The notes: generated by a model from the sequence alone, not told the origin. A DNA stretch of 64,000 nucleotides from an uncultured Clostridia bacterium (GCA_934168365.1 CAKPNJ010000003.1:31055-95054); one strand, 5' to 3'; counted from the stretch's first letter, positions 17,776 to 28,772 are shown. Program-made: numbers and translations.

Positions 17776-19953
17776 ATGTTATTAAAAAACATTTTCAATA
17801 TACGAAGAATAGTAAGTATCATTCTAATAATTTTAATATTATCTAGTTTAATTACACTATTTATAAATAACGAGGTAAAAGCTACATATAGTAGCAAATT
17901 TTCAAATTATCCTGGCTATGAAAAATTACTAAAAGAATTACAAGAGGCTCATCCAAATTGGGAGTTTGAAATATTAGAAACTGGTTTGGATTGGTCAGAA
18001 GTAATTTTAGCTGAAACTACTGGAACCAAAGCCAACCCATCACACGGAACGAATGTTGTACCAGCAAGTAGAGGAGACGCATGGAAATGTGCTTGTAACA
18101 AAACAGTAGAGGGCGTTTGGAAATGTGCTTCAACAGCTGCTGTATCATATTATATGGATCCAAGGAATTCATTAAATGAAAATTATATATTTCAATTTGA
18201 ACAATTAACATATGATGAAAAAAATCAAACAAAAGAGGGAGTAGAACTTATACTTAAGCCTTGCAATTATGCCCAAGGTAAAGTTACATATTATGATTCA
18301 AAAGGAAACAAAAAGACCTTAGACAAAACTTATGTAGATGTAATAATGGAGGCAGCAAAAGAATATAATATAAGCCCATATCATTTAGCTTCTAGAATAA
18401 GACAGGAGCAAGGAACCGGAAATGCAGGTCCAATGATTTCTGGAACTTGGACAGGTGGTGGTGGAGAATATAAAGGACTATACAATTTCTTTAATATCTG
18501 TGCGTATGGAAAAGAGCTTGTACTAAATGGATTAAAACATGCTAAATCACAAGGTTGGACAGATCCTGAAAAATCCATAAAAGGTGGGGCAAAAATATTA
18601 GCAGCAGGATATATTTCAATAGGACAAGATACATTATACTTAGAAAAATTTGATGTTGTAAATGGTGGAGATGGATACTATGCACATCAATATATGACTA
18701 ATGTATCAGCTTCTAGAACTGAGGGATATACAATTCGCAATACATACACAAGTATGGGATTATTATCATCAGGGTCTAAAATAAAATTTAAAATTCCAGT
18801 ATATAAAAACATGCCTGAGCAAATATGTCCAGAACCAGGAACAGAAAAACCTGTTACTCAAGATGTAGAAATAAATGAAAATGGAGTGAGAGTAAGAAAC
18901 GGAAAAGGAACTAACTATGATGTAGTTACAAACTTAAACAAAGGAACTAAGGTCTTGAGAATTGAGTTAGACAATTCTAAGACAAATGGATATTACTGGG
19001 ACAAAATTGTATTAGCAAATGGAACCAAAGGATACGTTGCAAGAAACTACTTAAAACAAATAGATCTACAAAGTAATTGTAATGAACAATGTATTACTAC
19101 TAGATATACAGATTTTAGAAATGGACCAGGTACTTCAAAAACTTCTGTTTTCAAGGTGATACCTGCAGGACAAATAGTAACAATTGTAGAAAAAGGAAAA
19201 TATAACTCATTAGATGGAAATGACTGGTGCAGAATTAAATTAAGTGATGGAACTTATGGATATGTTACATCAAATAGTTTTGAAGCATATGATCCTACTA
19301 AAGTTGACCAATTAAGAATAATCTGTACTGATGGACTAACTGTCAGAAAATCGCCAAGTACAAGTGCATCAGCACTAGCATCACTATACAAAGGAGCTAT
19401 AGTAACAAGAACAGAAAGAAATGTAGAAAGCACAAACAAAAACTATATATGGGATAAAATAATTACATCTAGTGGAATTACAGGATATATAGCAACAAGA
19501 GATATAAAAAATAATGAAGATTGGGCTGAGGTTATAGGGAATGGAAGTGGAGAAACTACTTCAGAGATAAAAGGAAATGGATTTAAAACTAGTGGAACAA
19601 ACATTGTCTGTCAGCCTAAAATTACAGTAGCTAATATAAAAGCACTAGCAAAAGATGCAATTATCAAAAAAGGTGATACTATAATTGAAGATACAGCAAA
19701 TGTAGGTACAGGATATACATTAACATCAGACGGAAAAACATACACAATTGTAGTTTTAGGAGATGTTAATGGAGATAATGAAATTAATTCAGCAGATCTA
19801 TTAACTATTGTAAAGCATTTAAAAGGAACACTTAAGATTACTCAAGAATGCAAAATGAAATCAGCTGATGTAAACAAAGATGGAGAAATCAATTCAGCAG
19901 ATTTATTAAGTATAGTTAAATATTTAAAAGGCTCTATAAAAATAGAGGTCTAA
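17776..19953 (+). CDS. Secreted multidomain peptidoglycan hydrolase: signal peptide, GH73 N-acetylglucosaminidase domain, several SH3b repeats, and a C-terminal type-I dockerin.
   Basis: GH73 motif YNISPYHLASRIRQEQG. Repeated SH3b-like modules. Two calcium-binding dockerin repeats: DVNGDNEINSADLLTIVKHLKG and DVNKDGEINSADLLSIVKYLKG. Confidence 0.7.
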   Translation: MLLKNIFNIRRIVSIILIILILSSLITLFINNEVKATYSSKFSNYPGYEKLLKELQEAHPNWEFEILETGLDWSEVILAETTGTKANPSHGTNVVPASRGDAWKCACNKTVEGVWKCASTAAVSYYMDPRNSLNENYIFQFEQLTYDEKNQTKEGVELILKPCNYAQGKVTYYDSKGNKKTLDKTYVDVIMEAAKEYNISPYHLASRIRQEQGTGNAGPMISGTWTGGGGEYKGLYNFFNICAYGKELVLNGLKHAKSQGWTDPEKSIKGGAKILAAGYISIGQDTLYLEKFDVVNGGDGYYAHQYMTNVSASRTEGYTIRNTYTSMGLLSSGSKIKFKIPVYKNMPEQICPEPGTEKPVTQDVEINENGVRVRNGKGTNYDVVTNLNKGTKVLRIELDNSKTNGYYWDKIVLANGTKGYVARNYLKQIDLQSNCNEQCITTRYTDFRNGPGTSKTSVFKVIPAGQIVTIVEKGKYNSLDGNDWCRIKLSDGTYGYVTSNSFEAYDPTKVDQLRIICTDGLTVRKSPSTSASALASLYKGAIVTRTERNVESTNKNYIWDKIITSSGITGYIATRDIKNNEDWAEVIGNGSGETTSEIKGNGFKTSGTNIVCQPKITVANIKALAKDAIIKKGDTIIEDTANVGTGYTLTSDGKTYTIVVLGDVNGDNEINSADLLTIVKHLKGTLKITQECKMKSADVNKDGEINSADLLSIVKYLKGSIKIEV

Positions 19954-19968
19954 ACGGAGGAAAAAAGA

Positions 19969-21255
19969 ATGAAAAAGATAATAAAAAGTATATTTTTAAT
20001 TATATTTGCAACTGTTACAATATCGTTATTTTCAAAAGTTGAGGCAGCATCAGCAACAATAAGTGCAAATAAAACAACAGCAACAGTTGGAGATAGCGTA
20101 AAAGTCACAGTAACTGTAAATGCGGCAGCATGGAATATAAATGTATCTGGAAGTGCTTCTGGCAGTATAGTTGGATTCAATAGTGATGCGGAAAATCAAA
20201 CAACAACAAAGACATATTCTATAAATACAAGCAAAGCCGGAAAATATAGTGTATCTATTTCAGGAGATATAACAGATGCTTCTGCAACAACTCCTGACAA
20301 AATAAACAAATCTGTTACAGTAACAGTAAAAGCTAAGTCAACATCAAGTTCTACTAACAATAACTCTAATTCAAACTCAACTTCAAATAGTGGAAGTACT
20401 AAAAAAGAACCTAAATTTACAAGTGTTAATCAAACAATGTATACAACAGGAGAAGTAAATATAAGAAAAAGCTATTCAACATCTAGTGCAATAATAAAAA
20501 CAGTAGAAAAAGGAACTAAAATTACTAGAGTAGGAATAGGAGATAATGGTTGGAGTAAAATTACATATAATGGTCAAACAGCCTACATTAGTAGTTCACT
20601 ATTAACTAAAACTAAACCAGCTGAAGATAAACCAAAAACAGAAGAACCAAAAAGCAATACTGCAAATCAAACTACAAATACTGATGTAACAAACAATGAA
20701 GATGTTAATAACACAACAGAACTTGTTAATAATGAAGTTGATAATTCTAACACAGACAATACAAATGCAGTATTAGGACTATCTAAATTAGAAATTGCAG
20801 GAGTAAACTTTTCAGAAGGATTTGACCCTTCAATACATTCATACACTTTAAAATTAAATTTCTTTGTAAAAGACTTAAATATCACAGCAGAAGCTAATAA
20901 AACAGATGCTAAAGTTGAAATAATAGGAAATGAAAATTTTGAAGCAGGGGAGAATAATGTTACAATATTAGTTAGTTCAGCTGATAACAAAGAAACAGCA
21001 ACATATCAAATAAAAGTAACAATACCATCAGAAGTAGCAAGTTCACCACAAAATAATATTCAATTTTATCTAATGTGTGGAACTATCATATTAGCAGCAA
21101 TTGTAGTAATTGGAATAATCGTTTCAATATATAAAAAGAAAAATAAAAGTGGAGTAGATTATAAAGATTCTAAAACAGATGATGATATGATAGACTCCTA
21201 TACAGATATAAAACCTAAAAAAGAAAAAGTAAAAAGTGGTAAACACTCAAATTAA
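19969..21255 (+). CDS. Cell-surface protein: signal peptide, Ser/Thr/Asn-rich spacer, SH3b domain, cadherin-like beta-sandwich domain, C-terminal transmembrane anchor.
   Basis: LGLSKLEIAGVNFSEGFDPSIHSYTLKL matches the cadherin-like domain pattern. C-terminal hydrophobic helix followed by a KKKNK stop-transfer. Confidence 0.6.
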   Translation: MKKIIKSIFLIIFATVTISLFSKVEAASATISANKTTATVGDSVKVTVTVNAAAWNINVSGSASGSIVGFNSDAENQTTTKTYSINTSKAGKYSVSISGDITDASATTPDKINKSVTVTVKAKSTSSSTNNNSNSNSTSNSGSTKKEPKFTSVNQTMYTTGEVNIRKSYSTSSAIIKTVEKGTKITRVGIGDNGWSKITYNGQTAYISSSLLTKTKPAEDKPKTEEPKSNTANQTTNTDVTNNEDVNNTTELVNNEVDNSNTDNTNAVLGLSKLEIAGVNFSEGFDPSIHSYTLKLNFFVKDLNITAEANKTDAKVEIIGNENFEAGENNVTILVSSADNKETATYQIKVTIPSEVASSPQNNIQFYLMCGTIILAAIVVIGIIVSIYKKKNKSGVDYKDSKTDDDMIDSYTDIKPKKEKVKSGKHSN

Positions 21256-21297
21256 AATATAATGTGGAAAAGAAATTTTTCTTTTCCACAAAAATAT

Positions 21298-21373
21298 GCT
21301 GGTATAGCTCAGTTGGTAGAGCAACAGATTCGTAACCTGTAGGTCGGCGGTTCGATTCCGCCTACCAGCTCCA
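21298..21373 (+). tRNA. tRNA, probably tRNA-Thr (anticodon CGU), with encoded CCA.
   Basis: Cloverleaf: GCTGGTA acceptor stem, D-arm GCTC/GAGC, anticodon loop TTCGTAA, T-arm GGCGG-TTCGATT-CCGCC, TACCAGC-T-CCA. One A-C mismatch at positions 31/39. Confidence 0.8.
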
Positions 21374-21424
21374 AATCAAAAGAGAATGGATAGAAAATTA
21401 TGTCTATCCATTCTCTTTTGATTT
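21374..21424 (+). terminator. Perfect 21-bp stem hairpin after the tRNA (aaatcaaaagagaatggatag / ctatccattctcttttgattt).
   Basis: Read directly. Homologous to the hairpin at 21755-21799. Confidence 0.6.
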
Positions 21425-21576
21425 GATAAATTAACATATTATGGAACATCAACGAAAATTGCAAAATTATGTAAATAGTGATATAATAATTTTATTATTG
21501 TTCGTGGCTATGCGAACTATAATAAAATAGCCGAGTGTGGCAAATTCTCAAAAACAATTGTTAGGAGGATGAAAAA

Positions 21577-21744
21577 ATGCAGTACAAAGTTGTTCTTGAC
21601 AAGGCTTTAATACTACCTGCCGCAGTAGAAAGAGTGGAAATGAATGTGCAAAAAATGTGTGATGAAGGTTGGCAACCTCAGGGAAGTATCTATATATTCA
21701 ACGATGGAAAATATATTTGTGTCTGTCAGGCAATGGTGAAATAA
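21577..21744 (+). CDS. Small 55-aa protein MQYKVVLDKALILPAAVERVEMNVQKMCDEGWQPQGSIYIFNDGKYICVCQAMVK. Function unknown.
   Basis: TTAGGAGGATG RBS with 8-nt spacing. Flanked by the two related hairpins. Confidence 0.45.
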   Translation: MQYKVVLDKALILPAAVERVEMNVQKMCDEGWQPQGSIYIFNDGKYICVCQAMVK

Positions 21745-21754
21745 CTGCAAAATG

Positions 21755-21799
21755 AAAAAAGAGAAGGTATAGAAAATTATTTCTATATCTTCTCTTTTT
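21755..21799 (+). terminator. Hairpin terminator homologous to the one at 21374-21424, with compensatory base changes.
   Basis: aaaaagagaaggtatagaa / ttctatatcttctcttttt. Confidence 0.55.
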
Positions 21800-21907
21800 A
21801 TAGAGGAACTAACATATTATGAAGCCGTGAAAAGTAATAAAAGGTTGCCATTTTTTGCATATTATGGTAAAATATATAAGGATTTAAACAAAAGAGAGGT
21901 TGATTTT

Positions 21908-22813
21908 ATGGGATTTTTTGATAAATTAAAAAATGGTTTAAGTAAAACCAAAAGTTCATTTGATGAAAAGATAAATAATGTATTTAGTAATTTTAGAAAA
22001 GTAGATGAAGAACTTTTAGAAGAATTGGAAGAGGCTCTAATAATGTCAGATGTAGGAGCACAAACATCTACAAAAATTATTTCTAATTTAAGAGATAGAA
22101 TAAAAAAAGAGAAAATTGAAAATGAAGAAGATGTAAGAAATGCACTAAGAGAAGAAATAAAAGCTATTTTAGATGAAGTTGATAATGGTTTAAAATTAGT
22201 AACTCATCCTTCTGTTATTTTAGTAGTAGGGGTAAATGGAGTGGGCAAAACTACTTCTATAGGTAAAATAGCTAATCGTTTAAAACAAGATGGTAAAAAG
22301 GTAGTAATTGCCGCAGCAGATACATTTAGAGCAGCAGCAGTAGAACAATTAGAAATATGGGCTAACAGAGCTGGTTGCGATATAGTAAAAAAAGAAGAAG
22401 GTACAGACCCTGCGTCAGTTGTTTTTGATGCAATTCAAATAACTAAACAAAAAAATGCAGATGTTTTGATATGTGATACAGCCGGAAGATTACACAACAA
22501 AAAATATTTGATGGACGAGCTTGTAAAAATAAAAAAAGTAATAGATAAAGAACTACCAGAAAGTTCAAAAGAAGTTTTGATGGTTCTTGATGCAACAACA
22601 GGGCAAAATGCTATTTCACAAGTAAAAGCATTTAAAGAAACAGTTGATATAAATGGCTTAATATTAACAAAACTAGATGGAACAGCTAAAGGTGGAGTAG
22701 TAGTTGGTATAGTTGCAGAAAATCAAATGCCAGTTAAATTTGTTGGTGTAGGCGAACAAATTGACGATATGGAAATTTTTAATAGTACAGACTTTGTAAA
22801 TGCTTTAATTTAA
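21908..22813 (+). CDS. ftsY: Signal recognition particle receptor FtsY.
   Basis: SRP-GTPase motifs: GVNGVGKTTSIGK, DTAGR, TKLDG. The ORF track starts at GTG 21827; the ATG at 21908 (MGFFDKLK, RBS AGAGAGG) is the conventional start. Confidence 0.9.
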   Translation: MGFFDKLKNGLSKTKSSFDEKINNVFSNFRKVDEELLEELEEALIMSDVGAQTSTKIISNLRDRIKKEKIENEEDVRNALREEIKAILDEVDNGLKLVTHPSVILVVGVNGVGKTTSIGKIANRLKQDGKKVVIAAADTFRAAAVEQLEIWANRAGCDIVKKEEGTDPASVVFDAIQITKQKNADVLICDTAGRLHNKKYLMDELVKIKKVIDKELPESSKEVLMVLDATTGQNAISQVKAFKETVDINGLILTKLDGTAKGGVVVGIVAENQMPVKFVGVGEQIDDMEIFNSTDFVNALI

Positions 22814-22824
22814 TGGAGGTTTAA

Positions 22825-25644
22825 ATGGAAGAACAAGTAAAAACAAATGCAACAGAAGATAAAAACATTCATAAAAAAATTAGCAAAACTAAAAAATGGG
22901 TGGTCTTAATATTTCTTGCTTTAGTGCTAATAGTTACATATGTGAATTATAGAGGAGAGTATTTAGAAATATTAGAATTAGGAGAGAACTACTTAAGCAT
23001 ATTTTGGCAAAATTCAACTAATTACTTAATTACGTTTGTAGTTAATTTTATAGTAATTTATTTACTTATTCGAATTACAAACAAAAGAATAAAAAAAGGT
23101 TTAATACCATTTTTTGAAAAAGAAAAGAAAACAATGCCTAAAATGCCTAATAAATCAATTGCATTTATTGGTGCTATAATTGTTAGTTTTGTAATAAGTG
23201 GAACGGTACTTGAAAAATTTATGTTATGCATCAATGCTACTAACTTTGGAGTTACAGATGTTGTACTAGGATATGACATAGGATATTTTATCTTTGTACA
23301 ACCATTAATACAATATGTGTTATATTACATTGTATATGCTATAGTTGGTTTAACAGCATATGCTGTGTTATATTATATTGCAGTATTCAATTTATGCTTT
23401 GAAGGAGTAGACAGAGAAGTATTAAGCAAAGGAACATTGTTAAAACAATTATGCACAAATATAATGTTTGCTGCTATATTTATAGCTATGATTATATTTG
23501 TAGAAACACAAAATGTTGGACTTCAAAAGATTTTAACTCTTCAAAATGGTGAGGAGCCATATGTACTTTGGGGAGCTGGAATTTCTGAAGTTACTATTAA
23601 ATTATGGGGATATAGAATATTATCAGTATTAGTAATTATTTCTATTGCAATGGGAATACACTATTTAAAGAAAAAATCAACCAAAAAAACTATAATTTCT
23701 TTAGCAATAGTTCCAACATATTTAATAGCAATGCTTATAGTTTTAGTTGGATTTAACACAATTTTTGTTAATCCAAATGAATTAGATAAACAACAAAATT
23801 ATATCAAAGCTAATATAGACGCTACTAAACAAGCATATGGAATTGATATAGAAGAAGTTAATTTGTCTGGAAATGAAACAATAACATCAGAAATTATACA
23901 ACAAAATAGAAATGTAATAGACAACATAGCATTAATAAATAAAGATATTGTTTTGAAAAATTTAAATATAGTTCAAACTAGCAAGGGATATTATACATAT
24001 AATTCAGTACATCCAGCTACATATAACGTAAATGGTGAACAAACATTGGTATATGTTGCTCCAAGAGAAATTTCAAATACATCAAGTACATATAACCATA
24101 AAACATATGAATATACTCATGGCTATGGAACAATTATTATTTCTGCAACATCAACAGATAAAACTGGAAACATAGAATATTTACAAAAAGATTTTAATTC
24201 AAATGAAGTAGTAACCATATCTCAACCACGAATATACTTTGGATTAGAAACAAATTATACAGCTGTAACTAATAGCAACAAAGTTGAATTTGATTATCCT
24301 ATTACAAGTTCAACAAAAGCTGAAAATGCAGAAAATGCATATGATGGACAAGCAGGACTTTCTTTAAATTTCTTTGACAGATTAATTTTAGCAATAAAAG
24401 AAAATGACTTACAATTAGCATTTTCAAATAAAGTAAATTCAGAAAGCATAATATTGGTAAATCGTAACATTATAAAAAGAGCAAAAACATTAATGCCATA
24501 TGTTTCATATGACGAAAATCCATATTTAGTAACTACAAACGAAGGAAAATTAGTATGGGTAATAGATGGTTATACCATATCTGAATGTTATCCATATTCT
24601 CAAAAATTAACCTTAGAAGATGGAATTATAAATAAAAAGCAAATAAACTACATTAGAAATTCTGTTAAAGTTTTAGTAGATGCATATGATGGCACTGTTA
24701 AATTCTATATTACAGATAGAAATGATCCAATAATTATGGCATATCAAAAAATGTATAAAGATTTATTTGTAGATAAGGACGAAACAATACCAGAGGACAT
24801 TAGCAAACAATTTATATATCCTGAATATTTATATAAAATACAAGCAAAAATAATGAAGAGATACCATAATATTCAAACTGATGTATTATATCGTGGAGAC
24901 GATATTTGGGAAATAGCAACACGTAATACAACAAAGCTATTAAACAAATCAGGAATTGAAATAGATCCTTATTATACAATAGTAAAAACTGTAGACAATG
25001 AAAATACCACACTAGGACTAGTTTTACCATACACACCATATAATAAGCAAAATTTAACATCATATCTAGTTGGAAGCTATGAGAAAGGTCAAGCAAAACT
25101 CTCTTTATATAGATATCCTTCTGATAGTAACGTTTTAGGCACAATTCAACTAGATACACAAATAGAGCAAGATGAAACTATATCTAAAGAGTTAGAAACT
25201 TTAAATATAACAGGAACTAAAATTATTAGAGATATGGTAGTTGTTCCTATAAATAACACTTTGCTATATGTAGAACCAATTTATCAACAATATATGAACG
25301 AAGAAAATTCTACTCCAATATTAAAGAAAGTTATAGTTGCATCAGGAAATAAAGTAGCTATTGGAAATGATATTACAGAGGCATTAAAAAATCTTGTTTC
25401 TCAATCTGCTGTTGATATTGAAGTTGAAGATACTGAAACTATTGAAGGCTTAATACAAGCTATAGTAAAAGCAAATAACAATTTAAAGCAGTCTAATAGT
25501 AACAATAATTGGGAAATGGCGGGAAAAGATATGACAAGACTACAAGCACTTATTACTAAATTAGAAAAACTACAAAAACAAAACCAAAAGGTGCAAAGTA
25601 GTAATCCTGTAGAAAATTTTACAAATCAAGAAAATAATGAATAA
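22825..25644 (+). CDS. Large membrane protein, UPF0182-like (about 7 N-terminal transmembrane helices plus a large extracytoplasmic domain).
   Basis: Topology and size (939 aa). GGAGG RBS. The family assignment is from memory and not certain. Confidence 0.45.
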   Translation: MEEQVKTNATEDKNIHKKISKTKKWVVLIFLALVLIVTYVNYRGEYLEILELGENYLSIFWQNSTNYLITFVVNFIVIYLLIRITNKRIKKGLIPFFEKEKKTMPKMPNKSIAFIGAIIVSFVISGTVLEKFMLCINATNFGVTDVVLGYDIGYFIFVQPLIQYVLYYIVYAIVGLTAYAVLYYIAVFNLCFEGVDREVLSKGTLLKQLCTNIMFAAIFIAMIIFVETQNVGLQKILTLQNGEEPYVLWGAGISEVTIKLWGYRILSVLVIISIAMGIHYLKKKSTKKTIISLAIVPTYLIAMLIVLVGFNTIFVNPNELDKQQNYIKANIDATKQAYGIDIEEVNLSGNETITSEIIQQNRNVIDNIALINKDIVLKNLNIVQTSKGYYTYNSVHPATYNVNGEQTLVYVAPREISNTSSTYNHKTYEYTHGYGTIIISATSTDKTGNIEYLQKDFNSNEVVTISQPRIYFGLETNYTAVTNSNKVEFDYPITSSTKAENAENAYDGQAGLSLNFFDRLILAIKENDLQLAFSNKVNSESIILVNRNIIKRAKTLMPYVSYDENPYLVTTNEGKLVWVIDGYTISECYPYSQKLTLEDGIINKKQINYIRNSVKVLVDAYDGTVKFYITDRNDPIIMAYQKMYKDLFVDKDETIPEDISKQFIYPEYLYKIQAKIMKRYHNIQTDVLYRGDDIWEIATRNTTKLLNKSGIEIDPYYTIVKTVDNENTTLGLVLPYTPYNKQNLTSYLVGSYEKGQAKLSLYRYPSDSNVLGTIQLDTQIEQDETISKELETLNITGTKIIRDMVVVPINNTLLYVEPIYQQYMNEENSTPILKKVIVASGNKVAIGNDITEALKNLVSQSAVDIEVEDTETIEGLIQAIVKANNNLKQSNSNNNWEMAGKDMTRLQALITKLEKLQKQNQKVQSSNPVENFTNQENNE

Positions 25645-25675
25645 AAAATGATAAAATCTTCCATCATTAATATAG

Positions 25676-25975
25676 ATGGAGGATTTTATTTTGGATAAAG
25701 ATAAATTAGAAGAAAAATTAAATAATAACCTAGAAAAATTAAATTATTCTTTGGAAAAAAGCAACATATTTGATTTAATGGAACTGTTGGGAAGTAAAAG
25801 AAAATTGTTTGTTAGGAACTTTATTTCTGGAATTTCAAAGGGAATAGGGATAGGTATAGGCTTTACAGTATTAACTGCAATTTTGATAATAATTCTTCAA
25901 AAAATTGTGACCCTTAATATTCCAGTTATTGGAGATTATATAGCAGATATTGTGGACATTGTGCAGTCAAAATAA
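25676..25975 (+). CDS. Small membrane protein of unknown function, 99 aa or less.
   Basis: Hydrophobic core GIGIGIGFTVLTAILIIIL. A GGAGG at 25678-25682 suggests an in-frame TTG at 25691 may be the true start. Confidence 0.45.
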   Translation: MEDFILDKDKLEEKLNNNLEKLNYSLEKSNIFDLMELLGSKRKLFVRNFISGISKGIGIGIGFTVLTAILIIILQKIVTLNIPVIGDYIADIVDIVQSK

Positions 25976-26119
25976 ATTATATTTTCCCTCAAAACTACTT
26001 GACAGTTTACAATAATCAATATAAAATAGTAGTGTAGGAAAATATATTTTAATAAAATTTTTATAATTAGTTATATATATTTAGTACATTGAAAATTTAA
26101 TAGAAAGAGGTGTAAGATT

Positions 26120-27664
26120 ATGGATAATATCCTAATTGGAATCGCCGTTTTTCTAGTCTCAGCAGTAATTTTCACATTTGTAGGTATGTACATAAGAAAG
26201 AAAGTTGCTGAATCTAAAATGGAAAGTGCAGAAGCTCAAGCAAAAAAAATAATCGAAATGGCAAACGTAGACGCTGAAAATAAGAAAAAAGAGGAAATCT
26301 TTAAGGCTAAAGAAGAAATTATGAATGCTAGAAAAGATTTAGACCAAGAGATTAGAGAAAGAAGAGGCGAAGTTCAAAATCAAGAAAGAAGATTAATTCA
26401 AAAAGAAGAAAACTTAGAAAGAAAACAAGACATTGTTGAGAAGAAGGAAAAGGATTTAGACAAAAAATACCAAGAACTAGACAACAAAAAAGCTGAAGTT
26501 CAAGAATTGTTTAATAAGCAAATGAGTGAATTACAAAGAATTACAGGTATGTCTAAAGAAGAAGCAAAAAAAGTTTTATTAGCAGAATTTGACAAACAAT
26601 TAACAGTTGAAAAAGCTAACTTATTAAGAGATATGGAAGCTAAAGTTAAAGAATCAGCTGATAAAAATGCAAAAGAAGTAATAGGATATGCTATTCAAAA
26701 ATGTGCAGCTGACCATACTTCTGAAACAACAGTATCTATAGTAACTCTTCCAAATGATGATATGAAAGGTAGAATTATTGGTAGAGAAGGTAGAAATATA
26801 AAAACCTTAGAAACATTAACAGGAATTGATTTAATTATTGATGATACTCCTGAAGCAGTTGTTATTTCAGGCTTTGACCCATTAAGAAGAGAGGTAGCAA
26901 GAATTGCTATTGAAAAACTAATTGAAGATGGAAGAATACATCCTGCAAAAATTGAGGAAATGGTTGAAAAAGCTAAAGAAGAAGTAGCAAATGTTATAAA
27001 AGAAGAAGGAGAACGTGCAGTAATGGAAACTGGTGTAATTGGATTACACCCAGATTTAGTTAAACTAATTGGAAAGCTAAAATATAGAACAAGTTATGGA
27101 CAAAATGTTTTAAATCATTCTATTGAAGTTTCTAACTTAGCTAGAATAATGGCTGAAGAATTAGGGTTAGACGCTAAACTTGCTAGAAGAGCAGGATTAT
27201 TACACGATATTGGTAAAGCATTAGATCATGATATGGAAGGAACACACGTAGAATTAGGTGTTGAAGTATTGAAAAAATACAAAGAAAATGAAAACGTTAT
27301 CAATGCTGTACAAGCTCATCATGGTGATGTAGAGCCAAAAACTATTGAAGCAGTTTTAGTACAAGCTGCTGATGCAATTTCTGCATCAAGACCAGGTGCA
27401 AGAAGAGAAACTCTAGAAGCATATATTAAGAGATTAGAGCAATTAGAAGGAATTGCAGATTCTTTTGAAGGTGTTGAAAAATCTTTTGCAATTCAAGCTG
27501 GTAGAGAAATTAGAATTATAGTAAAACCTGATAAAATTGACGACAATCAAATGAAATTGATGGCAAGAGATATAGCAAAAAGAGTTGAAGACGAGATGGA
27601 ATATCCCGGCCAAATAAAAGTTAATGTTGTAAGAGAAACAAGAGTAATTGATTACGCAAAATAA
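26120..27664 (+). CDS. rny: Ribonuclease Y.
   Basis: N-terminal transmembrane helix, coiled coil, KH domain ([11 protein letters not shown]), HD domain (LHDIGK). Confidence 0.95.
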   Translation: MDNILIGIAVFLVSAVIFTFVGMYIRKKVAESKMESAEAQAKKIIEMANVDAENKKKEEIFKAKEEIMNARKDLDQEIRERRGEVQNQERRLIQKEENLERKQDIVEKKEKDLDKKYQELDNKKAEVQELFNKQMSELQRITGMSKEEAKKVLLAEFDKQLTVEKANLLRDMEAKVKESADKNAKEVIGYAIQKCAADHTSETTVSIVTLPNDDMKGRIIGREGRNIKTLETLTGIDLIIDDTPEAVVISGFDPLRREVARIAIEKLIEDGRIHPAKIEEMVEKAKEEVANVIKEEGERAVMETGVIGLHPDLVKLIGKLKYRTSYGQNVLNHSIEVSNLARIMAEELGLDAKLARRAGLLHDIGKALDHDMEGTHVELGVEVLKKYKENENVINAVQAHHGDVEPKTIEAVLVQAADAISASRPGARRETLEAYIKRLEQLEGIADSFEGVEKSFAIQAGREIRIIVKPDKIDDNQMKLMARDIAKRVEDEMEYPGQIKVNVVRETRVIDYAK

Positions 27665-27672
27665 TTTTTTTT

Positions 27673-27706
27673 AAAAACGTTCAAGTAAATTGAACGTTTT
27701 TTCTTT
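27673..27706 (+). terminator. Rho-independent terminator after rny.
   Basis: aaaaacgttcaa...ttgaacgtttttt. Confidence 0.6.
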
Positions 27707-27770
27707 TGCTACTTGAAACTTCTAGGTTTTATTTATATAATATATGGTATTGAGTAAGGAGGAAAAGAAA

Positions 27771-28772
27771 TTGACTTTTATTGAAAATATTAAAGAGAAA
27801 GCAAAAAAAGATATTAAAACAATAATACTTCCAGAAGCAGAAGATATTAGAGTTTTAATAGCAACTGAGCAAATAATAAAAGAAGGATTTGCAAAAGTTA
27901 TTTTAATTGGCGATACGACAAAAATTAAGGAGGATGCAAGCAAAAACAATTTAAATATATCAGATGCAGAAATTATAAATCCTAAAACTTCCGATAATTT
28001 TGAAGAATATGCAAATAGTTTATATGAATTAAGAAAAGCCAAAGGAATGACCTTAGAACAAGCCAAAGAATTACTATTAGAACCAATTTATTTTGGAATA
28101 ATGATGGTAAAAAACAATGATGCTGACGGATTAGTGTCAGGTGCTTGTCATTCAACAGCTAACACTCTAAGACCAGCACTTCAAATATTAAAAACAGCAC
28201 CAAGTACAAAACTTGTTTCTGCATTTTTTGTAATGGTAGTTCCAAACTGTGAATATGGAGAAAATGGCGTATTTGTTTTTGGAGATAGTGGCTTAGTAGA
28301 AAATCCATCTGCTGAAGAATTAGCAGAAATAGCAAAATCATCAAGTAAAAGTTTTGAAACTTTAGTTGGAAAACCATCAAAAGTAGCAATGCTTTCATAT
28401 TCTACTTATGGAAGTGCACATTCTGAACTAACAGAAAAGGTAGTAAATGCAACTAAACTGTTAAAAGAACAAATGCCTAATTTAGTTTGTGATGGAGAAT
28501 TACAATTAGATGCTGCCATAATCCCTGAGGTTGCGTCTTCAAAAGCACCTAATAGTCCAGTAGCAGGTAAAGCAAATACTTTAATATTCCCTGACTTAAA
28601 TGCTGGAAATATAGGATATAAATTAGTTCAAAGACTAGCAAAAGCTGAAGCTTATGGACCACTTTGCCAAGGTGTTGCAAAACCTGTAAATGACTTATCA
28701 AGAGGTTGTAGTAGTAAAGATATTGTTGGAGTTGTAGCAATTACTTGCGTTCAAGCTCAAAATGGTATATAA
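27771..28772 (+). CDS. pta: Phosphate acetyltransferase (phosphotransacetylase).
   Basis: LTFIENIKEKAKKDIKTIILPEAED matches Pta N-termini. The TTG at 27771 has an AAGGAGG RBS 8 nt upstream. The ORF track's ATG at 27744 lacks an RBS. Confidence 0.8.
   Translation: MTFIENIKEKAKKDIKTIILPEAEDIRVLIATEQIIKEGFAKVILIGDTTKIKEDASKNNLNISDAEIINPKTSDNFEEYANSLYELRKAKGMTLEQAKELLLEPIYFGIMMVKNNDADGLVSGACHSTANTLRPALQILKTAPSTKLVSAFFVMVVPNCEYGENGVFVFGDSGLVENPSAEELAEIAKSSSKSFETLVGKPSKVAMLSYSTYGSAHSELTEKVVNATKLLKEQMPNLVCDGELQLDAAIIPEVASSKAPNSPVAGKANTLIFPDLNAGNIGYKLVQRLAKAEAYGPLCQGVAKPVNDLSRGCSSKDIVGVVAITCVQAQNGI

Noticed and set aside
21827-21907. N-terminal 27-aa extension of FtsY from the GTG at 21827
   Set aside because: The canonical FtsY N-terminus MGFFDKLK begins at the ATG at 21908, which has its own AGAGAGG RBS. 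The upstream extension has no RBS.
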